Shown piece by piece: positions 31,021 to 42,929 of a stretch of DNA of 64,000 nucleotides (positions within the stretch are counted from its first letter, which is position 1; the number at the start of each line of letters is the position of its first letter). The notes beneath the pieces are model-generated. The model was given only the letters and a program-made list of their open reading frames with translations, did not search any database and was not told the origin of the DNA. Source of the stretch: Nitrospirota bacterium (lineage in GTDB: Bacteria > Nitrospirota > UBA9217). The stretch covers positions 32,001-96,000 of the forward strand of contig CAVVOB010000023.1 in NCBI GenBank assembly GCA_963749655.1, read 5' to 3'. A program made the translations under genes and the position numbers.

Positions 31021-31848
31021 CTATTTCGTCAATTCCCCATACTCGCCGGGCCTGCGATGCCTGAGGAACCCCCAGGTCTCGCCGGCGGCTGCGCGTTCGT
31101 CAAGGTCGATGTCGGCGATCACGATTGCGTCCTTGCTGCCCGCCAGTTCGGAAGCCATCTCGCCCCAGGGATCGGCGCAGAAACTCCGTCCGTAGAACGT
31201 TATGCCCTCCTCCTTGCCCACGCGGTTCACGCGGAAAATAAAAATATTGTTCGCAAAGGCGTTGGACGTGATGGACCGCTCCCACAGGGTGTGTGTGTTG
31301 AGCGATGCCGCCGTGGGAGCGAAGATGATCTCGGCGCCCTTGAGCGCCAGGATGCGCGAGCCTTCCGGAAACAGGTTGTCCCAGCAGATCTGAACGCCGA
31401 TCGTGCCGCAGGATGTTTTAAAGACGGGGAACCCCCCGTCGCCGGGGGAAAAATAGAACTGTTCGCGATAGAGCGGGAGGTTCGGCACATGCATCTTGCG
31501 ATAGAAGCCGAGGACCGTTCCGCAATCGATGACCGCTGCGCTGTTGTAGTAATGTCCTCCCGACGACTCGAAGAACGGGACTATAAGCACCGTGCTCGTG
31601 CTTCGCGACAGGGCCTGTAGCCGCTGGAGAGGCGGGCCGGCGGGATCCTGTGCCCAGGAGAAGATGGATTGTTCCTCCCGTCGCGGAAACCAGGGCGTGA
31701 GAAAGAGTTCGGGATAGCAGACGATCGCTGCGCCTTTTTCTGCCGCCAGCTCTGTCATCTCGACGGCGCGCTCGATGTTCCGGTCGAGTTCCGGCCTGGC
31801 ACTTGCCTGTATCCCGGCGATTCGTATTCTTCGTTCACCTGATGTCAT
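31021..31848 (-). CDS. Carbon-nitrogen hydrolase (nitrilase superfamily)
   Basis: Catalytic triad YPE / YRKMH / ICWD. Confidence 0.92.
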   Translation of the reverse strand: MTSGERRIRIAGIQASARPELDRNIERAVEMTELAAEKGAAIVCYPELFLTPWFPRREEQSIFSWAQDPAGPPLQRLQALSRSTSTVLIVPFFESSGGHYYNSAAVIDCGTVLGFYRKMHVPNLPLYREQFYFSPGDGGFPVFKTSCGTIGVQICWDNLFPEGSRILALKGAEIIFAPTAASLNTHTLWERSITSNAFANNIFIFRVNRVGKEEGITFYGRSFCADPWGEMASELAGSKDAIVIADIDLDERAAAGETWGFLRHRRPGEYGELTK

Positions 31849-32332
31849 ATTTACCGAGCCATTATAGCTAATTTAAAAAAAATGTAAAAACTTTTTTTAC
31901 GAATCTTTTCCGGATACACGAACCAGCCTCTTGAGATTACCGCGGAAGGAAGCCACTGATCACCTGCTTTACCTTTGTCGTGGTTTTTCGAACCGTGACC
32001 ATCCGACACACAGTTCCTGCTCACCAGCTCCGGCTGTGACAAAACCCGGTGCCGCAGCACCAAACATCAACGCACTAAGAAGGCAAGAGCGGCTACAAAA
32101 GTGCACTCTGGTAACCTGGCATTCCCAAAACAGGGGGGAGCTTCTGCTGTTGTGCAGACTTTTACTCTGCCTGAAATAACCATCCTTCTAATATGCGTGT
32201 GAATATAAACTCCGACTATCGTCTTTACTCCTAAAGGATCACTCCGTTGGTCAAAAGTATCGGGAAGTGCAGTTTCATCTTGTATGTAATTTCATACACG
32301 CTGAAATATCCTGATTTTTCATTATATATCTT

Positions 32333-33663
32333 CAGTACTGTCCGGTTGTTACGTAAATAGATTCAATTGGTTATCGTCATGCTGCTCCATTTCACGATCT
32401 ATGGTTTCCTGAACCACTTGAGAAATAGACTTTTTCTCAAACAGGTTCACCTCCAAAATCTGTAGAATTGTGTGGAGGCTTCCAGGAAGGTTCAAACGCT
32501 TCTTGACAATCGCCACGAGAAGATAAACGCTGACGGCTGTCCAGATCTGAATTTTGACCGCGTTGGGCGATGTGCCAAAGAACGATTTGATCCTCAGGTG
32601 TTGCTTGATCCACTTGAAGAATAGCTCCACTTGCCATCGCGACCGATAGATGTCCGCTACAGTCTTCGCTGGCAGAAGGAAGTTGTTTGTAAGAAACACG
32701 AGGCGCTTGTCCCGTTCGATATCGTAATAGCGAACCCGGCGCATGGGATCGGGATAGGCCAATCGAGAATTGAACCCGACGAGCACAACGGTTTGATCGG
32801 CTTGGACTCCGATGGTTTTGTCGACCGGTGCAGAATATATACGACGAAGCCTTTGATTGTGCTTCGTCCGGATCACGAAGTAGGCCGAGAGCTGATTGAT
32901 ACGATAAAGCCGTTCGAAATCGAGATAGGCGCGGTCCATGGTATAAACCGAATCGGCTTTTATAGGAACGGCATCCATCATATTGACGTCGTGAACGCTT
33001 GCGGGAGTGACGAAAATAAAGGTCGGAATCGACCCCTGGACATTGAGCAGCGTATGGATCTTGACAGCTGCCTTCTTCTTGCGAAACGTGGCCCATGGGA
33101 ATGTCGAGAGACACAAATCGATAACCGTTGAGTCCAGGGCATAGATCGCGAGTTTTAGGTCCAAGCCAAGTTCCTCGTTTCGGTAGAGGGAACTGGCCTC
33201 GTTGATGAGCATGTACCCGAAGTCTCTGATAGATTCGAAAATCGCGAAGCTCGTTGGCATCCGCCAAGGTAGATTTGGCAATCTTGCCTCGGATGCCCAT
33301 ATGATAGAGTTTCTGGCGATGTGAGTTCAGACACGTTACGATATCGCGCAGGCTTTCTCGATAGGTCAACTGCGCGAATGCCATACAGAGCAATTGATCG
33401 AGACATGAGAAGGTCTTCACCTTGTAGTTGCCCTGATAGCGATTCACGCATTGATTGAACTCGTACCTCGGCAGATATTGAATCAGTTGCGCAAAGACCG
33501 TTTTCCCCGAATTCATCCCTGTCCCTCTCAGGCAATGTTGAGGGTGATTATAAGATGAATTCAGAGAAACGAAGTTCAAATCGAAAAATTGCATTTTGGC
33601 CATTATCTTTTTGTATTACTGTAGGTTATCGCGTTTCAGAAAAACGATAACCGGACACTACTG
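32333..33663 (-). mobile_element. IS4-family insertion sequence, 1331 bp
   Basis: TIRs CAGTACTGTCCGGTTGT / CAGTAGTGTCCGGTTAT; 9-bp TSD ATATATCTT at 32324-32332 and 33664-33672. Confidence 0.93.
32349..33516 (-). CDS. IS4-family DDE transposase, with a frameshift near 33228
   Basis: QLTYRESLRDI, LDST, DRAY, YRSRWQVELFFKWIKQ (YREK-like motif). Confidence 0.92.
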
Positions 33664-33806
33664 ATATATCTTCTTAATTTACTTTCCTGCACACTAATGA
33701 CTGTAGGGGGTTTCATACAATTTCACAAGTCTGAGAGCGTGAGGGAAATGCTGCGAGAACCACTATGTGCTTATTATCAAATGGATTGGAACAACCGAAA
33801 ATGGCA

Positions 33807-33822
33807 TGGCATCTTAAATGCA
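33807..33822 (+). promoter_or_regulatory. Possible sigma54 promoter
   Basis: TGGCATCTTAAATGCA (GG-N10-GC), ~360 bp upstream of the FGE-fold gene. Confidence 0.4.
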
Positions 33823-34180
33823 ATTGATTGCAATATAATGTACTACTCACATAAACAGACTTTTGAGACCGCCACGCCGGCAACTTTTCCCACCTCTCAG
33901 GCAATCTTAGCCGATACAGATAACCAGGAAGAATGCGCTGCGGACAGGAGCGCTATCTCCCGCCCATGAATAATCACCTTGTCAGGAAAATGCCGACAGC
34001 CACACGCTGTTACCTTCTGCCGGGACCAGGCCGCCGAGCGATTTCAATACGCCGCTTCCGTCACGAGGAGGTGACTTTTCATTATGAGCACATGAATATT
34101 CCACAGGATCTTGCATACTCATCTGGAACCTACAGAAAAGGATTATGTTCACCGATCAATGACTGTAAAGGGGGAGTGCT

Positions 34181-35113
34181 ATGAAAACCATCTTAAGTTT
34201 CATGATCATCGGATTGTTTCAAGCAGCAGGCGTGTCGCAGGCGTGCGTAGATTTGCCCCAAAATATGCCTGTTGTCGTTGCGTCAGCGGCGTACCGGACA
34301 TCGATCGCGCCGGTTTCTCCGGCTACTTCTTTGAAGGATACGAACGTCAACCTGGAATTCGTGCACGTAACCGGCGGTTGCTACTGTATGGGAGTCAACC
34401 CCGGGGAGGGATTGCGCGATACAAGCCCCGCGCACCAGGTATGCGTTGACGACTACTACATAGGGAAATATGAAGTAACGCAGGGCCAGTGGCGGGAGAT
34501 CATGGGGAACTATCCATCCTCTTTCAGCAGCTGCGGCGACAACTGCCCGGTGGTCGATGTAAGCTGGAACGAAGCGCAGGAATTCATCCGCCGCCTGAGT
34601 GAGCGCACCGGAAAGGCATACCGTTTGCCGACCGAGGCAGAGTGGGAATACGCAGTCCGAACCGGCGGAGCACAGGAGAAAAGCAGTGCGGCAAGTATCG
34701 CATCCTCGGAAGCCAAACGCGTTCTCCATCCTGTGGGATTGTCAGAGCCAAACAGTCTCGGCATCCATGACATGCAGGGGAGCGTCTGGGAGTGGACCGG
34801 CGACTGGTATAAGAAAAATTACTACGGAGACAGCCCGCAGTACAACCCCGAAGGACCGACGGCCGGAATGTACAAGGTTCTGCGGGGAGGTTCGTGGGAC
34901 GACAAGCCGCAGTCCATTCAGCCGACCGCACGGGTCAGGTACGCTCCGTCGATCAAACGCCCCTGGGTCGGCTTTAGGCTGATTTCCCCCGACCAGTACA
35001 GCGCAAACTATAAGTTGCCCGAGGTCCTTGTGCAGAAGCAGAGCGAGAAGCTGGCTCGCCAGTGTGGCGGTGCTGAGCAGCAGCCGTTGTTCATAAAAGC
35101 GGAAACGAATTAA
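34181..35113 (+). CDS. Secreted FGE-sulfatase (SUMF1)-fold protein
   Basis: Signal peptide; YEVTQ, VSW, RLPTEAEWEYA, DMQGSVWEW, RGGSW, GFRL; the FGE catalytic Cys pair is absent. Confidence 0.88.
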   Translation: MKTILSFMIIGLFQAAGVSQACVDLPQNMPVVVASAAYRTSIAPVSPATSLKDTNVNLEFVHVTGGCYCMGVNPGEGLRDTSPAHQVCVDDYYIGKYEVTQGQWREIMGNYPSSFSSCGDNCPVVDVSWNEAQEFIRRLSERTGKAYRLPTEAEWEYAVRTGGAQEKSSAASIASSEAKRVLHPVGLSEPNSLGIHDMQGSVWEWTGDWYKKNYYGDSPQYNPEGPTAGMYKVLRGGSWDDKPQSIQPTARVRYAPSIKRPWVGFRLISPDQYSANYKLPEVLVQKQSEKLARQCGGAEQQPLFIKAETN

Positions 35114-35180
35114 GTTGTCGAAAAACAGCTTTTTTACAGGAGAGAGAACCGAGATTTCATGAGAAGACTCTTCCCGGTGT

Positions 35181-35216
35181 AAAAAAAGGCTTGGGGATCA
35201 ATCCTCCAAGCCTTTT
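35181..35216. terminator. Bidirectional intrinsic terminator
   Basis: A-tract-GGCTTGG..CCAAGCC-T-tract between convergent genes. Confidence 0.75.
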
Positions 35217-35309
35217 CTGTGTCTTCTTTTCCTATTTGAAATTTATTTTGCCCGCGTTCTCGACGAATTTCATCCTTTGCACAACCGGCACAGCTGCTGC
35301 AGCGGCGAA

Positions 35310-37946
<2,637 letters not shown>

Positions 37947-38150
37947 GGATTCCTTCCCTGGTCGCCTGAAAAGGGCTTCAGGCTTCGTTGAAATAATTTT
38001 TTATATTATCATTTCTGTGCAGGATTTCAAGCAAATAATGGGAACAGCATGAGGAAAGGGCCCGTTTTCCTTTGATTCGCGGCAGGGAAAAGGCTTATAC
38101 TGCAGCTACTCGGATTCCGGCTCGTGGCCGTGCGGGAAGGGGGACAATCC

Positions 38151-38546
38151 ATGAAAACCGCCATCGCAGTAGTCCTGTCGATCATTGCGCCGACCGCGCT
38201 CAGTCTTTCCGGCTGCACAAAACAGCTTACTCAGGAAAGCCTGGCGAGTGAAAACGTCCCGGCAATCAAGAAGGACTGCGCGGTCTGTCATACCGGCCAC
38301 GCCTTTTCCGGAAAAACCGCGGCGCTCAAAAAACCCGTGCAGGAGCTTTGCATCGAGTGTCACGCCGACCGTGCCGCACCCAATGATCATAAGACCGGTG
38401 TCACGCCTGCGGTATCGGTCACGAGCCTGCCGCTCCTGGACGGCAAGGTCGTCTGCACCACCTGCCACGATCCCCACCGCGGAATCTATCGCAAGATGCT
38501 GAGGGCCCCGCAGAAGGACCTCTGCCTGTATTGCCACGATAAATGA
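38151..38546 (+). CDS. Small tetraheme c-type cytochrome, probable lipoprotein
   Basis: CAVCH, CIECH, CTTCH, CLYCH; lipobox-like LSGC. Confidence 0.88.
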   Translation: MKTAIAVVLSIIAPTALSLSGCTKQLTQESLASENVPAIKKDCAVCHTGHAFSGKTAALKKPVQELCIECHADRAAPNDHKTGVTPAVSVTSLPLLDGKVVCTTCHDPHRGIYRKMLRAPQKDLCLYCHDK

Positions 38547-38560
38547 TAGAAGCAACATTT

Positions 38561-38722
38561 ACCGCAAAGGCGCGAGGGACGCGAGGAAACCAGAGGCATG
38601 AAAAAATCAGATTTTAAGATGTTAGTGACGTCCTCGTGGTCTTGGCGACCTCGCGGTTCAGTCATCGTGATTCTGACTGCAGAATTATCCTATTCCGCAA
38701 TCCGAAATCCGCAATTCGCAAT
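38561..38722. repeat. Bipartite 9-mer element followed by a heptamer arm
   Basis: ACCGCAAAGGCGCGAGGGACGCGAGG...CTTGGCGACCTCGCGGT; ATTCCGCAATCCGAAATCCGCAATTCGCAATT. Confidence 0.65.
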
Positions 38723-38727
38723 TGACA

Positions 38728-39476
38728 CTACCCCATCCCCATGCCGCATTTCTTTAGCATCTCGATGCTCTGTCTCATCCCATCTTCGGCCGCATCCAGT
38801 TCGAGGATCACGCGCAGATCCTTTTTCTCACGTTCAGTGCTTTCAGCGCCTCGATCTCGCGGCAGCCATCGACGAGCGGTTTGTGGTCCTTGACCAAATG
38901 TGCATCCTGCGGATCATGATGGTGCATGTGCACGAAAACGATCCGATCGAGCAGTTGCTGCGGCATTGACCGCACAAAGGAAAGCGAATCGATCCCGGCC
39001 AGTTCGAGGTGGCCGATGTCCAGGGTGATGGTCACGGCCTGCGGCGCAGTCAGGACGAAGCGTTCCCAGAACCACGTTATGTCGCCGGAGTTGTAGGAGT
39101 TCTCAATCGAGACCGGACAGAGATTGGCGAGCTCACGCACGTTCTTTTCATATTGCTCAGCTTCTGAATCGGAAAGTCTGCTGTGGTTGCCGCCTTCGTC
39201 GTGGATGATGAAGCCGAGGTCCGATGCAGCTGCAAGCCGCCTCATTACCGCCATTGTCCGACCGGCCTCTGCGTTAGTCAGTGGATAGTCAAGAGGATGA
39301 AAGACAGACCTGATGCCCCGGGTCCTGCAGACTGATGCCGTCTCGATGGCTTCGGTTACCGCCTGCTCCCCTTCGGAGACTCCCCAGTTCGCCTGCCGCC
39401 ACAGCGATATCTGAACGAAGTTGAGCGGCTGTGTCCCGACGTCAGCCGGCCGGATTATGCGATAGCCAAGTTGCAT
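38728..39476 (-). CDS. Xylose-isomerase-like TIM-barrel protein, with a C-terminal frameshift near 38825
   Basis: IEN, LDIGH, HMHH motifs; the shifted frame continues KDLRVILELDAAEDGMRQSIEML. Confidence 0.6.
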
Positions 39477-39493
39477 ATTTAAATTCCGTTTTA

Positions 39494-39617
39494 GCCACGA
39501 ATTTCACGAATTAACACGAATGTAAGAATTTTGAAAAAGTGGCGAAACCAAACCACATCTCGATTCTTTTTCCTTGTTTGCCCCGCTTTATTCGTGACAA
39601 TTCGTGAAATTCGTGGC
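39494..39617. repeat. Bipartite inverted CACGAAT element
   Basis: GCCACGAATTTCACGAATTAACACGAAT...ATTCGTGACAATTCGTGAAATTCGTGGC. Confidence 0.8.
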
Positions 39618-39626
39618 ATATCTTCT

Positions 39627-41324
39627 TCAGTTGCCTTTTATACCAATTCTATCTCCGGTCTTGACCCCCGACCCTGCTGCGGTCTCGATCACCCATTGGA
39701 CAGGGACGCCGGAAGGAAAGTACTCGCGGCTGCCCGGCTTGCAGTTACTGTAGACCCGCACGACCTTCTGATCAGGGCCGACGAAGATGATGTCGATGGG
39801 AAAGTCTACACTTGCCATCCAGAAGGTCGTCTGCATGGGCATAGGAAACAGGAAGAGCGCTGCTTCATCGTCCTTAAGCTTCCGGAAACCCTGAAGTCCG
39901 CGCTCCCGCAATTCATCGGTGTCGCAGAAGAGCACGACCTTGTACGTACGCGGTTCATGCGCAGGTGAAATTACCGATACCTGCTCAATCTTCCCGCTCG
40001 GCTGGGCAATCTCCTGTTCAGCTCCCTGCGCCACTCGAACCTCGATCGCAAGGACCGCGATCCCGATCGCCATGGTGATGATCGTGATCAGAGCTCCCAC
40101 CCGGAAGTACTCCATGAACCCGATCTCCACGCGCTTCCTCGCCTGCTGCGCAACGATCAGGTTCGCGACGGAGCCGATCAGTGTCAGGTTCCCTGCCAGG
40201 GTGCTGCTCATGGCCAGCGTCAGCCAGAGCGTCCTGTCGCTGCCGAGGGATTCGAGGAGCGGCCTAAGGAGCATAACCGCGGGCACGTTGCTCACCACGT
40301 TCGAAAGAAGTGCAGAGATAAAAGACAGGCCCGCGATCCTGCCGATAAGCGACGTTTCCGTGACCCCGCCGGTCCACCCGATCACCTTTGCGGCAAGGCC
40401 TGAGGTCTCGACGCCGTGCATCACTACGAAGAGGCCGGCAAAAAAGAGGAGTAGGGTCCAGTCCACGTCTTCCAAAATTTTCTCCGTTCTGACGCCGCCT
40501 ACGAGCATGAGCGCAACAGCGCCCGCTACAGCAGTAAGGGAATAAGGATAGCCCAGCGAGAACGCAACAAGCACGCCTGCGCAGATGATGAGAGCCTTGA
40601 TCAGGAGCGGCTTATTGACAACGTATGCCGGAAGCGCCGGTTTCCTGAGAAAGCACTCCTTCTTCATGTCATGGCGATATACGATCCGAATGACCAGGAT
40701 GCTCACACCGAGGCCCAGAAGCGTCACGGGGAAAAGGGCGCCGAAGAAGGAAAGGTAGGAGATCTTCGAGTAGATGCCGATCAGCATGTTCTGGGGATTG
40801 CCGGTCACGGTCATCACGCTCCCGATGTTCGAGGCCGTGGCAAGGGCCAGAAGGTAGGGCATGGGGCTGACCCCGAGCTGGACCGCCATTTCCAGTATGA
40901 TTGGCGTAAAGAGCAGGCAGATCGTATCGTTCACGAACAGGGCTGACAATACGCCTGACGAGACAGTCACGAAGATGAGGAGCTGGACCGGAGTGCGCGC
41001 AAGGGACAGGATCTTGTCCGCCATGAGCTCGAAGAACCCGGCGTGCCTGAGGTAGACGGTAATGATCATCATGCCGAGAAGCAGCAGCAGGGTGTGCATA
41101 TCGATGGCCGCAAAGGCCTGGTCCAGCGTCAGCACGCCGAAGACTATCATGAGCACCGCGCCCACGAGCGCGCCCGCAGGCCGGTCTATGTGCAGCCGCG
41201 GGATCTGGCGGAGGCCGATGAAGAGATAGGTGATGATGAAGATGATGAGGGCGGTTATCACGGGGAGCACTTTACCATGAAGATGAGGAGGATTCAAGGG
41301 AGTAACAGTCCACTCGAATTTCAT
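39627..41324 (-). CDS. ArsB/NhaD-family anion transporter fused to a C-terminal DUF192-like domain
   Basis: LSALFVNDT, TVTGNPQN, SNVPA, LAGNLTLIGSVANLI; then RERGLQ..LFLFP..FWM..FPIDIIF..WVIETAAG. Confidence 0.85.
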   Translation of the reverse strand: MKFEWTVTPLNPPHLHGKVLPVITALIIFIITYLFIGLRQIPRLHIDRPAGALVGAVLMIVFGVLTLDQAFAAIDMHTLLLLLGMMIITVYLRHAGFFELMADKILSLARTPVQLLIFVTVSSGVLSALFVNDTICLLFTPIILEMAVQLGVSPMPYLLALATASNIGSVMTVTGNPQNMLIGIYSKISYLSFFGALFPVTLLGLGVSILVIRIVYRHDMKKECFLRKPALPAYVVNKPLLIKALIICAGVLVAFSLGYPYSLTAVAGAVALMLVGGVRTEKILEDVDWTLLLFFAGLFVVMHGVETSGLAAKVIGWTGGVTETSLIGRIAGLSFISALLSNVVSNVPAVMLLRPLLESLGSDRTLWLTLAMSSTLAGNLTLIGSVANLIVAQQARKRVEIGFMEYFRVGALITIITMAIGIAVLAIEVRVAQGAEQEIAQPSGKIEQVSVISPAHEPRTYKVVLFCDTDELRERGLQGFRKLKDDEAALFLFPMPMQTTFWMASVDFPIDIIFVGPDQKVVRVYSNCKPGSREYFPSGVPVQWVIETAAGSGVKTGDRIGIKGN

Positions 41325-41345
41325 TGCCTTACGGGATTGTTCTGT

Positions 41346-41600
41346 TCGCGCTGGTTCAATCTTGAAGATTGAACCAAACCTTAACGTTTGGTTCAGGCTG
41401 CAAGCCTGAACCAGCAGAACAGGAAAAAGCCGCTGTCACGAATGACAGCGGCCGGTTTTATGAAAAATCTCGCGCTGGTTCAATCTTGAAGATTGAACCA
41501 AACCTTAACGTTCGGTTCAGGCTGCAAGCCTGAACCAGCGAAGACATAGAAAAAGCAAAGCCACTGTCATTTCTGACAGCGGCCGGTTTTGTGAAAATCT
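41346..41600. repeat. Two tandem ~124-bp units, each a REP-like doublet plus a terminator-like hairpin
   Basis: GGTTCAATCTTGAAGATTGAACC and GGTTCAGGCTGCAAGCCTGAACC palindromes, then GCCRCTGTCA-loop-TGACAGCGGC; copies start at 41346 and 41470. Confidence 0.9.
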
Positions 41601-41605
41601 GCCTG

Positions 41606-42817
41606 CTACTTCTTCTCGTCGTTATCCATCTTCTTTTTGAGCATGTCCCCGAGGGTCCCCATGTTCTGCGTCTCCGACGAGGCCTGCTGTTTGTACTCAT
41701 GCAGCGTAGCCGCCTCTTCCTGCTCGGCCCTGCGGACCTCGGCCAGGGCGAGCGAGAGCTTTCTCTGGGCGGGATCCACTGCTTCCACCTGCACCTCGAC
41801 CTCCTGCCCTTCTTTTACGATCTCGCGCGGATGATTGATCCGCCGGCCTGCTCCAAGCTTCGAGATGTGAATAAGTCCGTCGATGCCTTCCTTCAGCGTC
41901 ACGAAAGCGCCGAAGGGAGCGAGGCGGGAAACCTTGCCCATGTGGAACGAACCGACGGGAAAGGCCTCGGCCACCTGCTGCCAGGGATCGGGCATGGCGT
42001 CTTTCAGGCTGAAGGAGAACCGGTTCTGGTCCCAGTCGAGTTTTTTAACGATCACCTCGACCGACTGACCCACGGACAGGATGTCTCCCACTTTCTCGGT
42101 GCGGGTCCAGGCGATCTCCGATATGGGCAGCAGGCCCTCGATGCCGCCGATATCCACAAAGGCCCCGAACTTCTGGATCGACGTCACGGTCCCCTTTACC
42201 TTCATGCCTTCGCTCAGCGTGCCGCGCAATTCCGCCCTCTTGTCCTGCTTCTCCTTCTCGAGTATGGGCCTCCGGGAAACGACGATGTTCCGTCCTCCCT
42301 CGGTGAACTCGATGATCTTGAACGGGAGGGACCGGCCGACGATTTCCGCGGTCGGCTCCTCGCGGCGCAGACCCATCTGTGAAAAGGGACAGAACGCTCG
42401 GACAGTACCGGCGATCTTTATCTCGAAGCCGCCCTTCATTTCCTTCACGACCGTCCCGTCCACCGGAACGCCGTTTCTCCAGGCGTCCTCGAGCTGGCTC
42501 TGTTTTCCCGGACCCGATCCGATCTTGGACGTAAAATGCATTTCGTTATTTTCCGCATTCACGAAGTACGCCCGGACTATATCGCCTTCCTTGACCGTAA
42601 GGTTTCCGGCGGCGTCGACCATCTCCTTCTTGTCCAGATACCCTTCCCCCTTGCCGCCCAGATCGAGGAATATCCATTCTCCGGAGATCTTGACGATAGC
42701 GGCCTCTACCATCTGGCCCTGCGAAAGCTTGCTCTGCTTTTTGAAGCTCTTTTCGAACATTTCGGCGAAGCTCTCCTCGCCGTTTGAAGACTGTGAAGAC
42801 TCGTTGTCGTTATCCAT
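41606..42817 (-). CDS. rpsA: Ribosomal protein S1-like, four S1 domains
   Basis: Repeated S1 motifs (FGAFVD..GLL.ISE); 403 aa. Confidence 0.8.
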   Translation of the reverse strand: MDNDNESSQSSNGEESFAEMFEKSFKKQSKLSQGQMVEAAIVKISGEWIFLDLGGKGEGYLDKKEMVDAAGNLTVKEGDIVRAYFVNAENNEMHFTSKIGSGPGKQSQLEDAWRNGVPVDGTVVKEMKGGFEIKIAGTVRAFCPFSQMGLRREEPTAEIVGRSLPFKIIEFTEGGRNIVVSRRPILEKEKQDKRAELRGTLSEGMKVKGTVTSIQKFGAFVDIGGIEGLLPISEIAWTRTEKVGDILSVGQSVEVIVKKLDWDQNRFSFSLKDAMPDPWQQVAEAFPVGSFHMGKVSRLAPFGAFVTLKEGIDGLIHISKLGAGRRINHPREIVKEGQEVEVQVEAVDPAQRKLSLALAEVRRAEQEEAATLHEYKQQASSETQNMGTLGDMLKKKMDNDEKK

Positions 42818-42929
42818 AGAATCCCTTCCTTGATAAATATAATTTCAAATGAGAAATATCAAATCACAAATAAGATCCAAATTGATTCTGGTGCTTGAAG
42901 CTTATTTGTTATTTGGTGCTTGAAACTTT

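Noticed and set aside
33220-33240. Programmed frameshift in the transposase
   Set aside because: IS4-family transposases are single ORFs, there is no slippery heptamer, and similar indels occur across the window.
33860-33935. Glycine riboswitch (CTCTCAGG motif)
   Set aside because: The upstream GGAGA and CCGAAG elements and the tandem aptamer are missing.
41346-41600. Mini-CRISPR
   Set aside because: The whole ~124-bp unit, including the would-be spacer, is duplicated.
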